Shown piece by piece: positions 24,134 to 34,837 of a stretch of DNA of 64,000 nt. This DNA comes from Anthoceros angustus (Eukaryota > Plantae > Anthocerotophyta). The stretch is from positions 310,001 through 374,000 of the forward strand of contig VJWM01000025.1 of assembly GCA_010909165.1 (NCBI GenBank), given 5' to 3'. Below the pieces are notes generated by a model. That model searched no databases. It saw nothing but the letters and a program-made list of their open reading frames with translations, and was not told the origin of the DNA. A program made the translations under genes and the position numbers. The first letter of the stretch is position 1. Each line of letters begins with the position of its first letter.

Positions 24134-25870
24134 TCAAGTCACAGCTACATACTCAAAATCCTCTGGCCCCTCCGTCTTAGCGGGGGAACGCCCAGGAGGA
24201 GGAGGAGGAGCCGCTCCATTTGCCTTCTCCCTCCTCTCCCGCTCTTCGGTTTCCTTGAGAAGGAAGTCGATCCAGAGGTCTGCAAACGAGCCATTGGCAG
24301 TAGTGGTAGCAGAAGTGGCAGAAGAGGGTCGAGGAGATCCTGCTGCAGAGCTTCCTAAAAGACCTCCAACAAATCTGGCAGGACGGCCAAGCACACCCTT
24401 GACGATGCCACCTCCGGTAGCAGCTCGTTGTGCAAGCCCAACCTGCGACTTCTCTTGATCCGTGAAGCCCAGAATGCGCGCCATGAGATCCAGCACTTCT
24501 TTGCTGTGATTCTTCTGGAAGTAGGTGACAAGCAGCTTGACGACAATGCCTTTGTCGACGGTGACTTGAGAATCCGTGGACATGCGGTTGAGGCTAGAGA
24601 TGGTGTGCTCCAGCGCCCGGCGCAGCCTGACCACCTCCTCCTCCAACTTGTGCACATGGGCCTGGTCCTGCGCATGCCTGGCCTCCAGTTCTGCCACCCT
24701 CTCCACAGCCTCGTCCCTTGCGGCCAGAGCTGCTTCCAGATCCGACGTGCAACGGCTGAGATTGGCGGCCAAGAGGGAGGCCTCTTCCTTAACAGCAGCG
24801 AGCTGGAGGTGGAGGCGATCCCGGAGCTCGATCTCTGCGCAGTACTGGCCCAAGGCTATCTGCAGGTTGGACAGCTCCTCATCCTTAGATTGCAGGGCAG
24901 CCGAGGTGCGCTGCAGGTGCAGTTGCAAGGAATCCCTCTCCGCAGTGAGCCCCTGCAGGGCGAGCGCGTGCGCATCCGCATCGCGGGCGTGCTGCTGAGA
25001 AGCGCGCGCTAGGGCTTGCTCAAGGAGCTCCGCCTGGGCCTGCCTGGCAGCAGCCCGCTCCTCCAGCTCCGCAATGTGCTGGCTGTCCTCGTCCATCTTC
25101 TGGCTGTCGGCTGCATCCTTGTCCAGCAGATGCTGCCTGAGGCGCTGCAGATCCCTCCTGGCATTGTCCCGCTCTGCAGTCAGGGAGGCCACCTGCTGCC
25201 GCAACTGCTCCTCCTCCATCTGCCGCTTGCTCTCCCTCTCCTGCGCCTGCTGCATCGCTATCTGCTCCATCTCCATCTGCAACAATTGCTGAGCGGCCGC
25301 CTCCTCCTGCTCTCTCTGCTGCTGCTGCTGCTGCTGCTTGTGCTGCTGCCTTTCCCTGTCCCTTTCCTGCCTTTCCCTGTCCCTTTCCCTTTCCCGTAGG
25401 TCGGACAAGACCGGCCTCCTGTCAGCTCCTGGCGTGGTAGCCATCTTCTTCGGCTGCTCTTGCTGCTCCTCCCCCTCATGCTGCACCTGCACCTGCTGCT
25501 GCTGCTGCGCATCCTGGCCCTGACCCTGACCCTGTCCATCATGATCCTGCACATCCTGGCCCTGAACATGATGATCCTGCCCCTGCCCCTGCCCCAGGCG
25601 TGGCGATGCTACCAGCATGCGAGGCGTAGCCCCATCAGCGGAAGCAAGCGGCTGCTTCGGAGACGACGGCAGCAGCAGCCTGGGCGGCAGCAGCGGCAGG
25701 GAAAAGCTGCTGTTGCTGTCGCTGCTGCCATTGCTCCTCCTCCCATGATTCTCTTCTTCCGGTATGACATAGTTGGAGGATCCTGCAATCTCCAGCTCCT
25801 CAGCAGTGTCAAGAACCTCGGATGCGATCTGCGACAGGTTTTCCTTGAAGGTGGCAATGGATTGCCACAT
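24134..25870 (-). CDS. Golgin GC3/GC4-like (coiled coil + GRAB + GA1 motif), intronless
   Basis: N-terminal MWQSIATFKENLSQIASEV; GRAB-like VDKGIVVKLLVTYFQKNHSKEVLDLMARILGF; SFADLWIDFLLKETEERERRE. Confidence 0.88.
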   Translation of the reverse strand: MWQSIATFKENLSQIASEVLDTAEELEIAGSSNYVIPEEENHGRRSNGSSDSNSSFSLPLLPPRLLLPSSPKQPLASADGATPRMLVASPRLGQGQGQDHHVQGQDVQDHDGQGQGQGQDAQQQQQVQVQHEGEEQQEQPKKMATTPGADRRPVLSDLRERERDRERQERDRERQQHKQQQQQQQREQEEAAAQQLLQMEMEQIAMQQAQERESKRQMEEEQLRQQVASLTAERDNARRDLQRLRQHLLDKDAADSQKMDEDSQHIAELEERAAARQAQAELLEQALARASQQHARDADAHALALQGLTAERDSLQLHLQRTSAALQSKDEELSNLQIALGQYCAEIELRDRLHLQLAAVKEEASLLAANLSRCTSDLEAALAARDEAVERVAELEARHAQDQAHVHKLEEEVVRLRRALEHTISSLNRMSTDSQVTVDKGIVVKLLVTYFQKNHSKEVLDLMARILGFTDQEKSQVGLAQRAATGGGIVKGVLGRPARFVGGLLGSSAAGSPRPSSATSATTTANGSFADLWIDFLLKETEERERREKANGAAPPPPPGRSPAKTEGPEDFEYVAVT

Positions 25871-26041
25871 GCTGCCTGCTTTCCCTGCCTGCGTCCAGAT
25901 CCAGCGCTCCAGGCGCGGGGAACCGGCAGGGGCAGCAAGCAACACTCCAACTCCCACTCCGGCGAGCCTCCCCCTCGGATAGTCTCTTTAGTCCTAGTAA
26001 AACGCGTCTAGGTAGTATGTCATGTAGGACCCCAAAGTTTG

Positions 26042-26064
26042 CTCTCTCTCTCTCTCTCTCTCTC
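26042..26064. repeat. (CT)n microsatellite upstream of the golgin gene
   Basis: About 11 CT units. Confidence 0.9.
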
Positions 26065-26528
26065 ACTACCTGCTGCGAGTCTAGCTACACGATAATAGGT
26101 ATGGCTAGACTCACAGCTAACCTAGCAGACTCACAGCTAACCTAGCCAACGCTAACGGGATGCTAGCCACAGCTATTAGTCCGAGCAAGGTCCCTCCTCC
26201 TGGGTCCCCAAAGAGGAAAGGCGAGAGAACACGGAAAGCGATGCTGATGCCCAGAGGGAGCGACTGACGGAGGAAGGGAAGGACGAAGGAGGTAGGAAAA
26301 GCAGGACGAGGACGCCCGGTCACAATGGAACACTCGGAACTTGAAGACACAAGTTCGCTGTGCCGGGATGAGGTGAAATCGAGCAGCAAGAGGTAGTAAG
26401 GATGAGGTGAGGCGTCCATGGAGGAGGACTACTGATGAGAGGAGCCGCACTAGTGACTCTACTAGCTGGGTGAAATGGTGGGAAGGGAATGGAAGGGAAG
26501 AGAAGGCGGCCTAGCCCTGGGACCCTAG

Positions 26529-28214
26529 CTAGGGCAGGCCCAGAAAGGAGGTGAGCTCCCGCATCAGCCACTCCTTCTCCACGGGTTGCAGGCTCTGGCC
26601 GCCCAGGCTATGGGATCGAGCTCCTTCCTGCAACTGGCAAGCGGTGAGGATGCGGCCGTTCACCTCTCCCTGCACCACCAGGCGGACGCCGCTCAGATCC
26701 GCAGTCTCCCCGCTCACTTCCTGGCGCCACAGGCCCAGGGCGGTGCGGGCGAGGGTGAATCTCCCACCACGGCCCTTGCGCAGCCGGAGCTCCACCTCCA
26801 CGCCCACCTCGTCCACGCTGTTGCGGGCGAGCCCGGCCCCGACCACCCAAAAGGGCAGCGACACGGCGGCCATGAGCGGCGCCCCGCCCCTCACCGCCAT
26901 GCCCGTCCAGCACGCCAGGAAGGCGTTCCAGGCCACGGCGAAGGAGCCGGTACCCAGGCCCTCCCAAGTGAGCCCTGCGGCCGGGATGCTCACCTCCAGC
27001 TCCTCCTCCGTCCTGCGCACCACCTTCACCCTGCTTCCCACCGGGGGATCTGACGACCTCGAGGCAGCAAGCCGGTTGGAAGGCAAGCTTGCGGTTGCCG
27101 GGGATGAAGAAGCCGGAAGGTGGAGGGAGGAGAAGGCGAGAATGACATCGCGAGCCGTCTGGAAGCGATCCTCGGGCGCGGGCTCCAGCAGCCGCTCCAC
27201 GATGTCAGCCAGGCCAGGAGAAGCCGCAACCGAGTCCCGGAACTGGAGCCTGAGGCGGTGCTGGGGGAAGGAGGAGGGGGATCTCCCTCCCGAGAGCAGG
27301 AAGAGCAACGTGGCTCCCAGGCCGTAGAGATCCGTCTGCAGGCAGGCCCGGTTCTGGAACTGCTCGGGGGCCATGTAGCCGTAGGTGCCGGCCACCAGCC
27401 CGGTGCTCCATGTCTGCTGCTGCTGCTGCAGCTGCGATGCCTGCTCCTGCACGGCCCCGAAATCCACCACCTTGACGCTGCCGGTGGCATCCTCCAGCAG
27501 GATGTTGTCGGGCTTGATGTCCCGGTGGAAGACGGGAGGACGCAGGCTCCCGAGGTAGTCCAGCACCCGGAGCACCTCCACCGCGATGCGCTCCACCTGC
27601 TCCTCGCTGCCTCGCCACCCGTAAGAGGCGTGCACCAGCTGCGCCAGCGTCTGCCCTCGCACCAGCTTCTGCGCCATGTAGAAGCAGCGGTCCGAGGGGC
27701 CGTCCACCTCCAGGTAGTCCAGGTACGCGGGGATGCCCGGGTGCTGCAGCGATTTCAGCACCCGCGCCTCCCGCTCGAACAGATCCAGCTCCTTCCACCC
27801 CTTGATGGTCCGCAGGGAGATGGCCTTGAGAGCCACCCGCTCACCCCCGGCCCCCATCTCTGCCTCGTACGTGGTGCCTATGCCTCCTTGCCCCAGCACG
27901 CCTACGATCACGTACTTGCCTCCCACTACGTCCCCGGCCCTGTGTCCTCCTGCTCCTGCTCCTGCTCCTGCTCCTCCTCCTTCTCCTGCTTCCAAGCTGC
28001 TGCTGCTGCTGCTGCATCTAGTCGTAAATATGGCTGGCCTCCATGTGCTGCTGCCGCTGCAAGGGCATGTCACACATTGCCTCCAGGCCCATCTCCGCCT
28101 CCGCCTCAGCCTCACCGTACCCTGGCTCCTCCTGCACCTCTGGAACTCGCAAGAATCCCTGCTGTTGCATAATGTTGCACTTGCTGAGCATGGATCAAAC
28201 ACCAGGAGCACCAT
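26529..28214 (-). CDS. Ser/Thr protein kinase of cyanobacterial (Pkn2/Spk-like) type with a C-terminal membrane hairpin; probable plastid transit peptide; intronless
   Basis: LGQGGIGTTY, VALK, WKELDLFEREARVLKSLQHPGIP, HRDIKPDN, DFG, GTYGYMAPEQF; C-terminal GSRV...FAVAWNAFLACWT...SLPFW.VG; Ser/Arg/Cys-rich N-terminus. Confidence 0.85.
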   Translation of the reverse strand: MVLLVFDPCSASATLCNSRDSCEFQRCRRSQGTVRLRRRRRWAWRQCVTCPCSGSSTWRPAIFTTRCSSSSSSLEAGEGGGAGAGAGAGGHRAGDVVGGKYVIVGVLGQGGIGTTYEAEMGAGGERVALKAISLRTIKGWKELDLFEREARVLKSLQHPGIPAYLDYLEVDGPSDRCFYMAQKLVRGQTLAQLVHASYGWRGSEEQVERIAVEVLRVLDYLGSLRPPVFHRDIKPDNILLEDATGSVKVVDFGAVQEQASQLQQQQQTWSTGLVAGTYGYMAPEQFQNRACLQTDLYGLGATLLFLLSGGRSPSSFPQHRLRLQFRDSVAASPGLADIVERLLEPAPEDRFQTARDVILAFSSLHLPASSSPATASLPSNRLAASRSSDPPVGSRVKVVRRTEEELEVSIPAAGLTWEGLGTGSFAVAWNAFLACWTGMAVRGGAPLMAAVSLPFWVVGAGLARNSVDEVGVEVELRLRKGRGGRFTLARTALGLWRQEVSGETADLSGVRLVVQGEVNGRILTACQLQEGARSHSLGGQSLQPVEKEWLMRELTSFLGLP

Positions 28215-28937
28215 TGCCGGCCGACACAGCAACCTTTGCTTTGCTTTGCTTTGCTCTTCTACTTGGCTTGGCTTGGTTTGGGTGGCTGCTTCCCCTAAGC
28301 CTTCGCTGATGATGCCTCAAGCGCAGCACCCGCTAAAACCTAGAACGGAATTATTACACATCACACCATTGCTAGGAGATATTGGAAGAATTTTCTAGGG
28401 GATGGAACTTTTTTATCTCCAGCAATTGGCTACTCCATGGAACCTTCTCACCGGGTGCCTCGCCGCTGGCGTTCTCGGCTAGCCATCCCCACTTGCAAGA
28501 GAGCGGCCAGCGGGAGGCCAAGGCAGTACACTAAAATATTCAGCCCAGTCTAGAGTGCAACAGCCAAGCGTACTTGTACGCTCCACACAACTCACAAGCG
28601 ACCATAGCAAGGAAAAGCTACAGACTGGGCTACTCCTCTCCAGGCCTCCAAGCTGGTTCGAGGTTGACTTGAGATGGAGGATAAGTTGCTTCTAAAACGT
28701 GCTAGATGGATAATCTAGCTAGTTAGTTTTTGTGGTTTACACATACACAATGCGTGTCGGTGTGTATACTAGTGTGCCTAAAGTGAGGATCAGCATCCAC
28801 ATTGGTGTGCTTGAAGTGAGGATACGCATCCACGTGACCGGATGGATAGAAGAAGAAGAAGAAGAAGAAGAAGAATATATTATAGTCCACTTGACGGAAT
28901 TTTCCTGTTGTGGTGTTGTGGGACTTTGTACTTAACA

Positions 28938-29130
28938 CATGGTGTGCCTAAGCTACTTGCACCAAGGTGAACATCCCATCTAAGTACCCATCTTAATAAC
29001 TTGTATCATGGTGTGCCTAAACTACTTGCACCAAGGTAGACATCCTATCTAAGTACCGATCTTAACAACTTGTACCATGGTGTGCCTAAGCTACTTGCAC
29101 CAAGGTGAACATCCCATCTAAGTACCGATC
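28938..29130. repeat. 69-bp tandem repeat, about 2.8 copies; preceded by a (GAA)n run at ~28848-28875
   Basis: catggtgtgcctaa.ctacttgcaccaaggt starts at 28938, 29007 and 29076. Confidence 0.9.
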
Positions 29131-30168
29131 GAAGATCAGGATGTTCAATAACGACGTTATTATAAATGTGCGTCCATTCGGCCTAAGCCATTTGAAGATA
29201 CCTCTTCCACAACCGACTTGCTTTCTAGAGAAACACATACATTTGCAGTTTCAAGAGCAGAGAAATATTTCCTACTCAATCGCTGGAAAAAAGGGCTCAG
29301 CTTCATCAATTCCCATAATATGTTGCCAATAGGTTGGTGAGACCGGGGGAAGTTGCACAAGAGGCAGGCACAACGTTTCCAGCACGGACCGGGCTAGGAA
29401 GAAACATGAACAACACCCAACATTTCCATGAGAAGGTGTTCACCCAACATTTCGTCACGTAACACAAGGAAGAACACCCAACATTTTGTATGGCAAGAGA
29501 AGTGATGTATTTGGCCACACGTTCACCATGGTCTCATATACGGTTTATCAAGATACCCCTTGGATGGATCGCCTCATGGGAGGTTCACCCGTCCACGATG
29601 CTTCATGGGAAGGGTCAACCCTGTCACAAGGGTACCCGATTGGATGTATACATCGTTTTTCTACATGCCAATTCTGACTGCAGTACCTGCAAACTATGCA
29701 TTACGAATAGGACCACCACCGACGAAGTTCACCAAGTTATGAGACGTTGAGTTTGCATTTGCTGTCATCTTCCTTCCGCGGCCTCTACTAGCTCCTCCAA
29801 GTTTTGAGTCTGCTATCTTCTGGCTCCACCGGCCTCTACCAGCTCTTCCAAATTTCCAGATTCCGAGTCTACTCTTCTGGATTCCGGCCTCTGCCGTTCC
29901 TCCTATCATGTTCTCTCGCATTGTCGTTAGAGCTTTTTCCTTGACCAAAAAACTCCTCCGACCATTTTCTCTCCCATTGTCATTAGAGCTTCTTCCTTGA
30001 CCAGCATTTGACCAGTGTTTGCAGCCTCTAATATATACGTGCGCTCGACTTGAGGGGGATGATCATCAGTCCAACTGCCACCACAAAGCACACAAGCAAG
30101 GAGTCAGGACACGCTTTACCCTCCACTTGTCTACCAGTGGCGGCTGCCAGCGATGCTAAACTATAGCA

Positions 30169-30316
30169 CCGCCGTTACCTTCTGTCGCCTCTCCCTGATC
30201 AAGAGCTACAGGCTCATGACACTTCAATCACTGCACATCCCCGCCGTTACCTTCTGTCGCCTCTCCCTGATCAAGAGCAACAGGCTCATGACACTTCAAT
30301 CACTGCACATCCCCGC
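30169..30316. repeat. 72-bp tandem duplication overlapping the PPR stop codon
   Basis: ccgccgttaccttctgtcgcc...cactgcacatcc occurs at 30169 and 30241. Confidence 0.9.
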
Positions 30317-33023
30317 ACGAACAGACGCCGTTCACAAAGCGATGAAGGCGATGAGCGTCTCTCACGATAATCTCCCGTCGTTCAAGCCTGGACATCATCT
30401 TTGTCCCACTGTGGCACGCATTGCACATCTTCAAGTTCTTGGTGACCAGCAAGCTTGTGCCATCCGGAGTGTTTAGCAGGCCATAGGCAAGCGCCAGTTT
30501 CTCTGCATGCCCGCACAACCCATCTTCCTCATCTCTCTCACTTCTCGCACTCGCAACTTCTGGCCTGGCGAGCTCATTCACACTCATCAGCTTGCGAGAT
30601 ATGTCATCCTGCTCCTCGCCTACAACAAACGTCTCCACCTTGTTGTTAACCTCGATCCAGGCCTTTGCAGGCTTCTTGCAAGCGCCTGCCAACTTTCTCA
30701 ACCTTTCTACTCTGTCTACGTCTTCCCACCTACCAGAATCTGCATACATGGCACCCAGAATTGTGTAAGCAGCAGCATTCTGCGGCTCCACCCTAACGAT
30801 GTGCTCAAAACATCGCCTTCCACGCTCCACATCACTGTGCCTTTTGCAGGCGCTGAGCAAACACGTCCATGCCACAATGTCATCCTCAAAAGGCATGCTC
30901 ACCACCACCTTTTCTGCGTCATCTAGCTGACCGGACCGACCAAGTAGGTCAACCATGCACACATAATGATCGACACCGGGAGCGATGCCATGGTCTTCCG
31001 TCATTGCTTTGAAATACAGCTGCCCCTGGCACACCAGACCCGCATGACTGCATGCTGCAAGAAGGCAAACAAAGGTATTCGCATTGGGCTCCACCCCCTG
31101 CTCCTGCATTTCCTGAAAACACCCCAACGCCATTTCAGCCCTGTTATGTTGTCCATACCCATGCATCAGAGCATTCCACGTCACAACGTTCTTGGTCGGC
31201 AATCTGTCAAACACCCTCCGTGCATCTTCCACGCTCCCACATTTGGCATACATGTCCACCAGGCTGCTGCCTACAGCCACCTCCGCCTCTACTCCAAGCT
31301 CCTTAATCTGAGAATGAACACTCTTACCTTGCTTCAAAGCTCCTGTGCTGGCACATGCCTTCAGCAAGCACACAAACGTCACATGGTTGGCTGGAGCTAA
31401 GCCCTCTCGCTGCATCCTGTCATAAAGACACAGCGCTTCCTGGCAACAATCCTGTTGAGCGTAGCCTAAAATCAGGGCAGTCCATGTTACCACATCTCTC
31501 TCGGGCAATCTGTCAAACACTCCTTGCGCGTCTGATATGCTGCCACATTTTGCATACATGTCCACCAGGCTGTTGCCCACTACCACATCACGGTCCAGCC
31601 CTCTTTCCTGAATCTCAGCATGAAGTTGCTTCCCTTCACGTAAAGTTCCAACAATGGCACACGCTTTCAGCAGGCAAACAAAGGTGACTTGGTCCGCCGC
31701 TGAACTAATCCCCTCCTGTTGCATACCTTTGTACAGGGACATGACTTCTTCACCCAGCTCACGCTGGGCATATCCTGCGAGCATGGAGTTCCATGTCACC
31801 ACATCCCTTGTGGGTAACCTGTCAAAAACCCTTCGGGCATCTTCTAAGCTCCCACATTTGGCATACATGTCCACCAGGCTGCCACCGACAACCACGTCTG
31901 CTTCCAGTCCCCTTTCCTCAATCTGGCAGTGAAGCTGCTTGCCTGTTGGCAATGCTCCGATTCTTGCACATGCTTTCAGGAGGCAGACAAATGTGAAAGG
32001 ATCAGCAGCAGCGCCACCTCCTTGTCGCATACTTCCATACAGAGACAGTGCTTCTTGACCAAGCCCAAGCTGAGAGTAGCCTGCAATCATCGTATTCCAT
32101 GTTACAGCATCTTTAGTAGGCAGTCTGTCAAAGACCCTGCGTGCCTCCTGTATGGTGCCACATTTTGCATACATATCTACCAGGCAGTTGCCAACAACCA
32201 CATCAGCCTCCAGTCCTCGCTCCTGAATCTCAGAATGAAGCTGCTGGCCGTCATACAATGCTCCAACAGCAGCACAAGCTTTCAGCAGACACACGAATGT
32301 GACAGCATTGGCCTCAGTGCTGCCCTCCTGCTGCATGCGTGCATACAGCGCAAGGGCTTCCTGACCAAACCCATTCTGAGCATACCCTGCAAGCATCGCA
32401 TTCCATGTGACGACATCCCTTGCAAGCAAACTGTCAAACACGTTACGAGCATCTTGTAACCTCCTGCATTTTGCGTACATGTCCACCAAGCAATTGCCAA
32501 CAAATATATTAGGCTCAACCGAACTTCCCAAGACATCTGCATGAACCTCCTTGCCAGCTGCCAAAGCTGCTGCACTGGCACATGCTTTCAGGACCGCCAC
32601 AAAGACATGATTATCGAGCTTCACGCTCAATTGTGGGATTTGTTGATACAGTTCTATGGCCTGCTTAGCCTGTCCATGCTTAGCATATGCCAAGATTATG
32701 GAAGCCCATGTGAAAGAGTCTGGTGCAGCGACTTTGTGAAACACATCCGTTGCATCCTGCAACCGCCCATGTGACACATACATGCGGATGATGTGATTGG
32801 CCAGATACGTGTTTGACGCGTACCCGCTTGTAAGAGTGAGAGCATGGACACGACAGCCAAGGATTAGATCTTTCTTGGCACAGCAGCCCTTGAAGACACG
32901 GTAGAACAGAGATGCTGGAATATGTGCTCCTTCCTCCACCAGGAGGCCCAATGTCTCAATGGCCTCACCCAGTTGTCCCTCCTCCCATGATCCTCCCTGA
33001 CTTCCAGCAGCCTCTGAAGCCAC
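30300..33023 (-). CDS. PLS-class PPR protein with E1/E2 and KP-type DYW-like domain (ends DVQ)
   Basis: Uninterrupted frame of about 905 codons; KKPAKAWIEV...CGHAEKLALAYG...CNACHS...VRDAHRLHRF...CSCGDVQ. GTG start; probable acceptor ctgacag at ~33057. Confidence 0.92.
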   Translation of the reverse strand: MASEAAGSQGGSWEEGQLGEAIETLGLLVEEGAHIPASLFYRVFKGCCAKKDLILGCRVHALTLTSGYASNTYLANHIIRMYVSHGRLQDATDVFHKVAAPDSFTWASIILAYAKHGQAKQAIELYQQIPQLSVKLDNHVFVAVLKACASAAALAAGKEVHADVLGSSVEPNIFVGNCLVDMYAKCRRLQDARNVFDSLLARDVVTWNAMLAGYAQNGFGQEALALYARMQQEGSTEANAVTFVCLLKACAAVGALYDGQQLHSEIQERGLEADVVVGNCLVDMYAKCGTIQEARRVFDRLPTKDAVTWNTMIAGYSQLGLGQEALSLYGSMRQGGGAAADPFTFVCLLKACARIGALPTGKQLHCQIEERGLEADVVVGGSLVDMYAKCGSLEDARRVFDRLPTRDVVTWNSMLAGYAQRELGEEVMSLYKGMQQEGISSAADQVTFVCLLKACAIVGTLREGKQLHAEIQERGLDRDVVVGNSLVDMYAKCGSISDAQGVFDRLPERDVVTWTALILGYAQQDCCQEALCLYDRMQREGLAPANHVTFVCLLKACASTGALKQGKSVHSQIKELGVEAEVAVGSSLVDMYAKCGSVEDARRVFDRLPTKNVVTWNALMHGYGQHNRAEMALGCFQEMQEQGVEPNANTFVCLLAACSHAGLVCQGQLYFKAMTEDHGIAPGVDHYVCMVDLLGRSGQLDDAEKVVVSMPFEDDIVAWTCLLSACKRHSDVERGRRCFEHIVRVEPQNAAAYTILGAMYADSGRWEDVDRVERLRKLAGACKKPAKAWIEVNNKVETFVVGEEQDDISRKLMSVNELARPEVASARSERDEEDGLCGHAEKLALAYGLLNTPDGTSLLVTKNLKMCNACHSGTKMMSRLERREIIVRDAHRLHRFVNGVCSCGDVQ

Positions 33024-33239
33024 AGGCTCAAGCAGCCTGCAAGTTTGATCCAGAATCTGTCAGGAACAGAAAGCTTGAGCAGCTGCAAAGGACTAACATT
33101 CAAACAGCACAGGACAGCGGCCGTGGGCCTCTCATATCCTCACACTTAAGTGACCCAAGATGGCTGGGTGTGACCAAGAAAGGATAACTTGAATGTGCAA
33201 TTCTTAAGGAGACCTTGCATGCACCGTGCCCAAGGGCAT

Positions 33240-33690
33240 CCAATGCCCTTGTTGTTGCACATGTTTGCAGGGCTGAAATGACGCAAAGCTGTTGACAAAG
33301 CTGAGACAGAGGCACTACCTTGTTTCACAGGTTGACGGCCACCAGCATCCTTGGCTCCACTGGAAGCCACCTGAACATAAGAGCCTGAAAGCTTCTCAGC
33401 TGCCAAGCAACGAGGAAGCAAGATCGCAGGAGAAGGAATTTTTTGGACCAGGTGGCAACTCACTGGGCATACTTGGAGACGTGCGTGGCTCTGGCACGGG
33501 CCGCAATAGGGATAGATGTCTGCACCATTCCTCCAACGAGGAATGGTGGTTACGGGGATTCTGGTGGTTTGGCCTAAGCTATGCACACCGCCCCTCTTCA
33601 TCCGTGCTGGCATCAGAAACCCGCTCTACACAGAGACATCCAACCCGGCCTCCTCGGACTGGACAAGTTGGAGTGGTGCTGAAATTCCAG
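33240..33690 (-). repeat. Conserved module upstream of PPR gene (copy 2)
   Basis: Aligns to 7840-8260 in the same orientation relative to its PPR gene. Confidence 0.85.
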
Positions 33691-34837
33691 CGCCAAGCGC
33701 TAATGAGACAGTGCCGGTGCTCGTGTCTTCCCTGCTCTGACGGCTGACAAACATTCAGCCCGTGCAGTAGTGGCAGTTGAGGGGGATACATAAGGAGAAA
33801 TTACAGATGGGAGACAAAAGGAAGTGCGCAGATGTTCATCTGCTGTACTGTATGTAGGTTTTTGATGATAGGTTTGGGCAGGAGTGATGCGAGGAAGGGA
33901 AACCCGCCTATTCCCATGCTTTGCAAATTGGCGCCCTGTCATGCCAGACGGGTGATTGACGACAAAAGTAGCACCCGGACTCGTTGCTTGCAGTGGCGGG
34001 ACTGGAAGACGACTGCAGAAAACTGTGAAAATGGTTGAGCGCCGAAACCAGAAAACACTTGCAAGCTCCTACGAGGACACAAAACCCGGCTGCTCGGGAG
34101 TCGCACTCTCCTATAATCTCAGACCAAGCATCACCTCAGTATACAAGTGCTCACCACTGCAGAATGGCATCTCCCTGACAATCTGGTGCCCTGCAGCAGC
34201 GTGTGTGAGAGGCTCCACGGACTCATCAGGGCTGCTTTGGGCACTGCGTATGGGCGAGGTAGTGGCTGGTACCAAATTTTTTATAGAACTTTCAGCAACG
34301 CTGGTTGCAATGGATGGAGCACTCAGCCTCCGGATGAAGGTGGAGGAGAGGATTCGCACCCTGCTACCACTGCCGATTACTTAGAGAGCCCGCCCGTAGG
34401 GATTGCGGATGTGAAGGTTGGGCAGATTTAAGACCAGCCATGGAGGTTGGGAAACTTGTCAAATCCTCTTGTTTCGCTGAATTAGGGTTGCGGAGAAGGA
34501 AGAGGGTTTTGCTTAGCGTTACAAGACACTGAGGCTTCATATCTCCGTGCATGATCGCTAGGGGGCTTGCAGACTTCCCGATACAGCTGCAGGTCCCTTT
34601 CTGTCAAATCGTGAAAGAACCTCAAAGGTGCAGTAAAAGTCGTAGGCTCACAAGACTTGCCCGTGTCCACAACTCCAGCAAGCTCACCTGCTGCCAGCAC
34701 TTCTGCAGCGTCCTCTGGCCATGAATTCTGCACCAGCTTGTTCTGGGGAATGCCGGTGGCAAGCAAGAAACGAGAGGTTCCTCACAAAAGTCGCGTTTGA
34801 ATGCGAAGCACGGAGGCTGAGTTAAAAGGCGGGGGGC

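Noticed and set aside
28938-29130. Possible CRISPR-like arrays (also 46369-46613)
   Set aside because: Contiguous tandem units without unique spacers, eukaryotic context, no cas genes.
29130-29750. Possible decayed F-box-like or transposon-derived ORF on the minus strand
   Set aside because: Only vague motif resemblance with several stops; cannot be supported without a search.
33950-34780. Short ORFs downstream of SWEET
   Set aside because: No recognisable domain or consistent exon structure.
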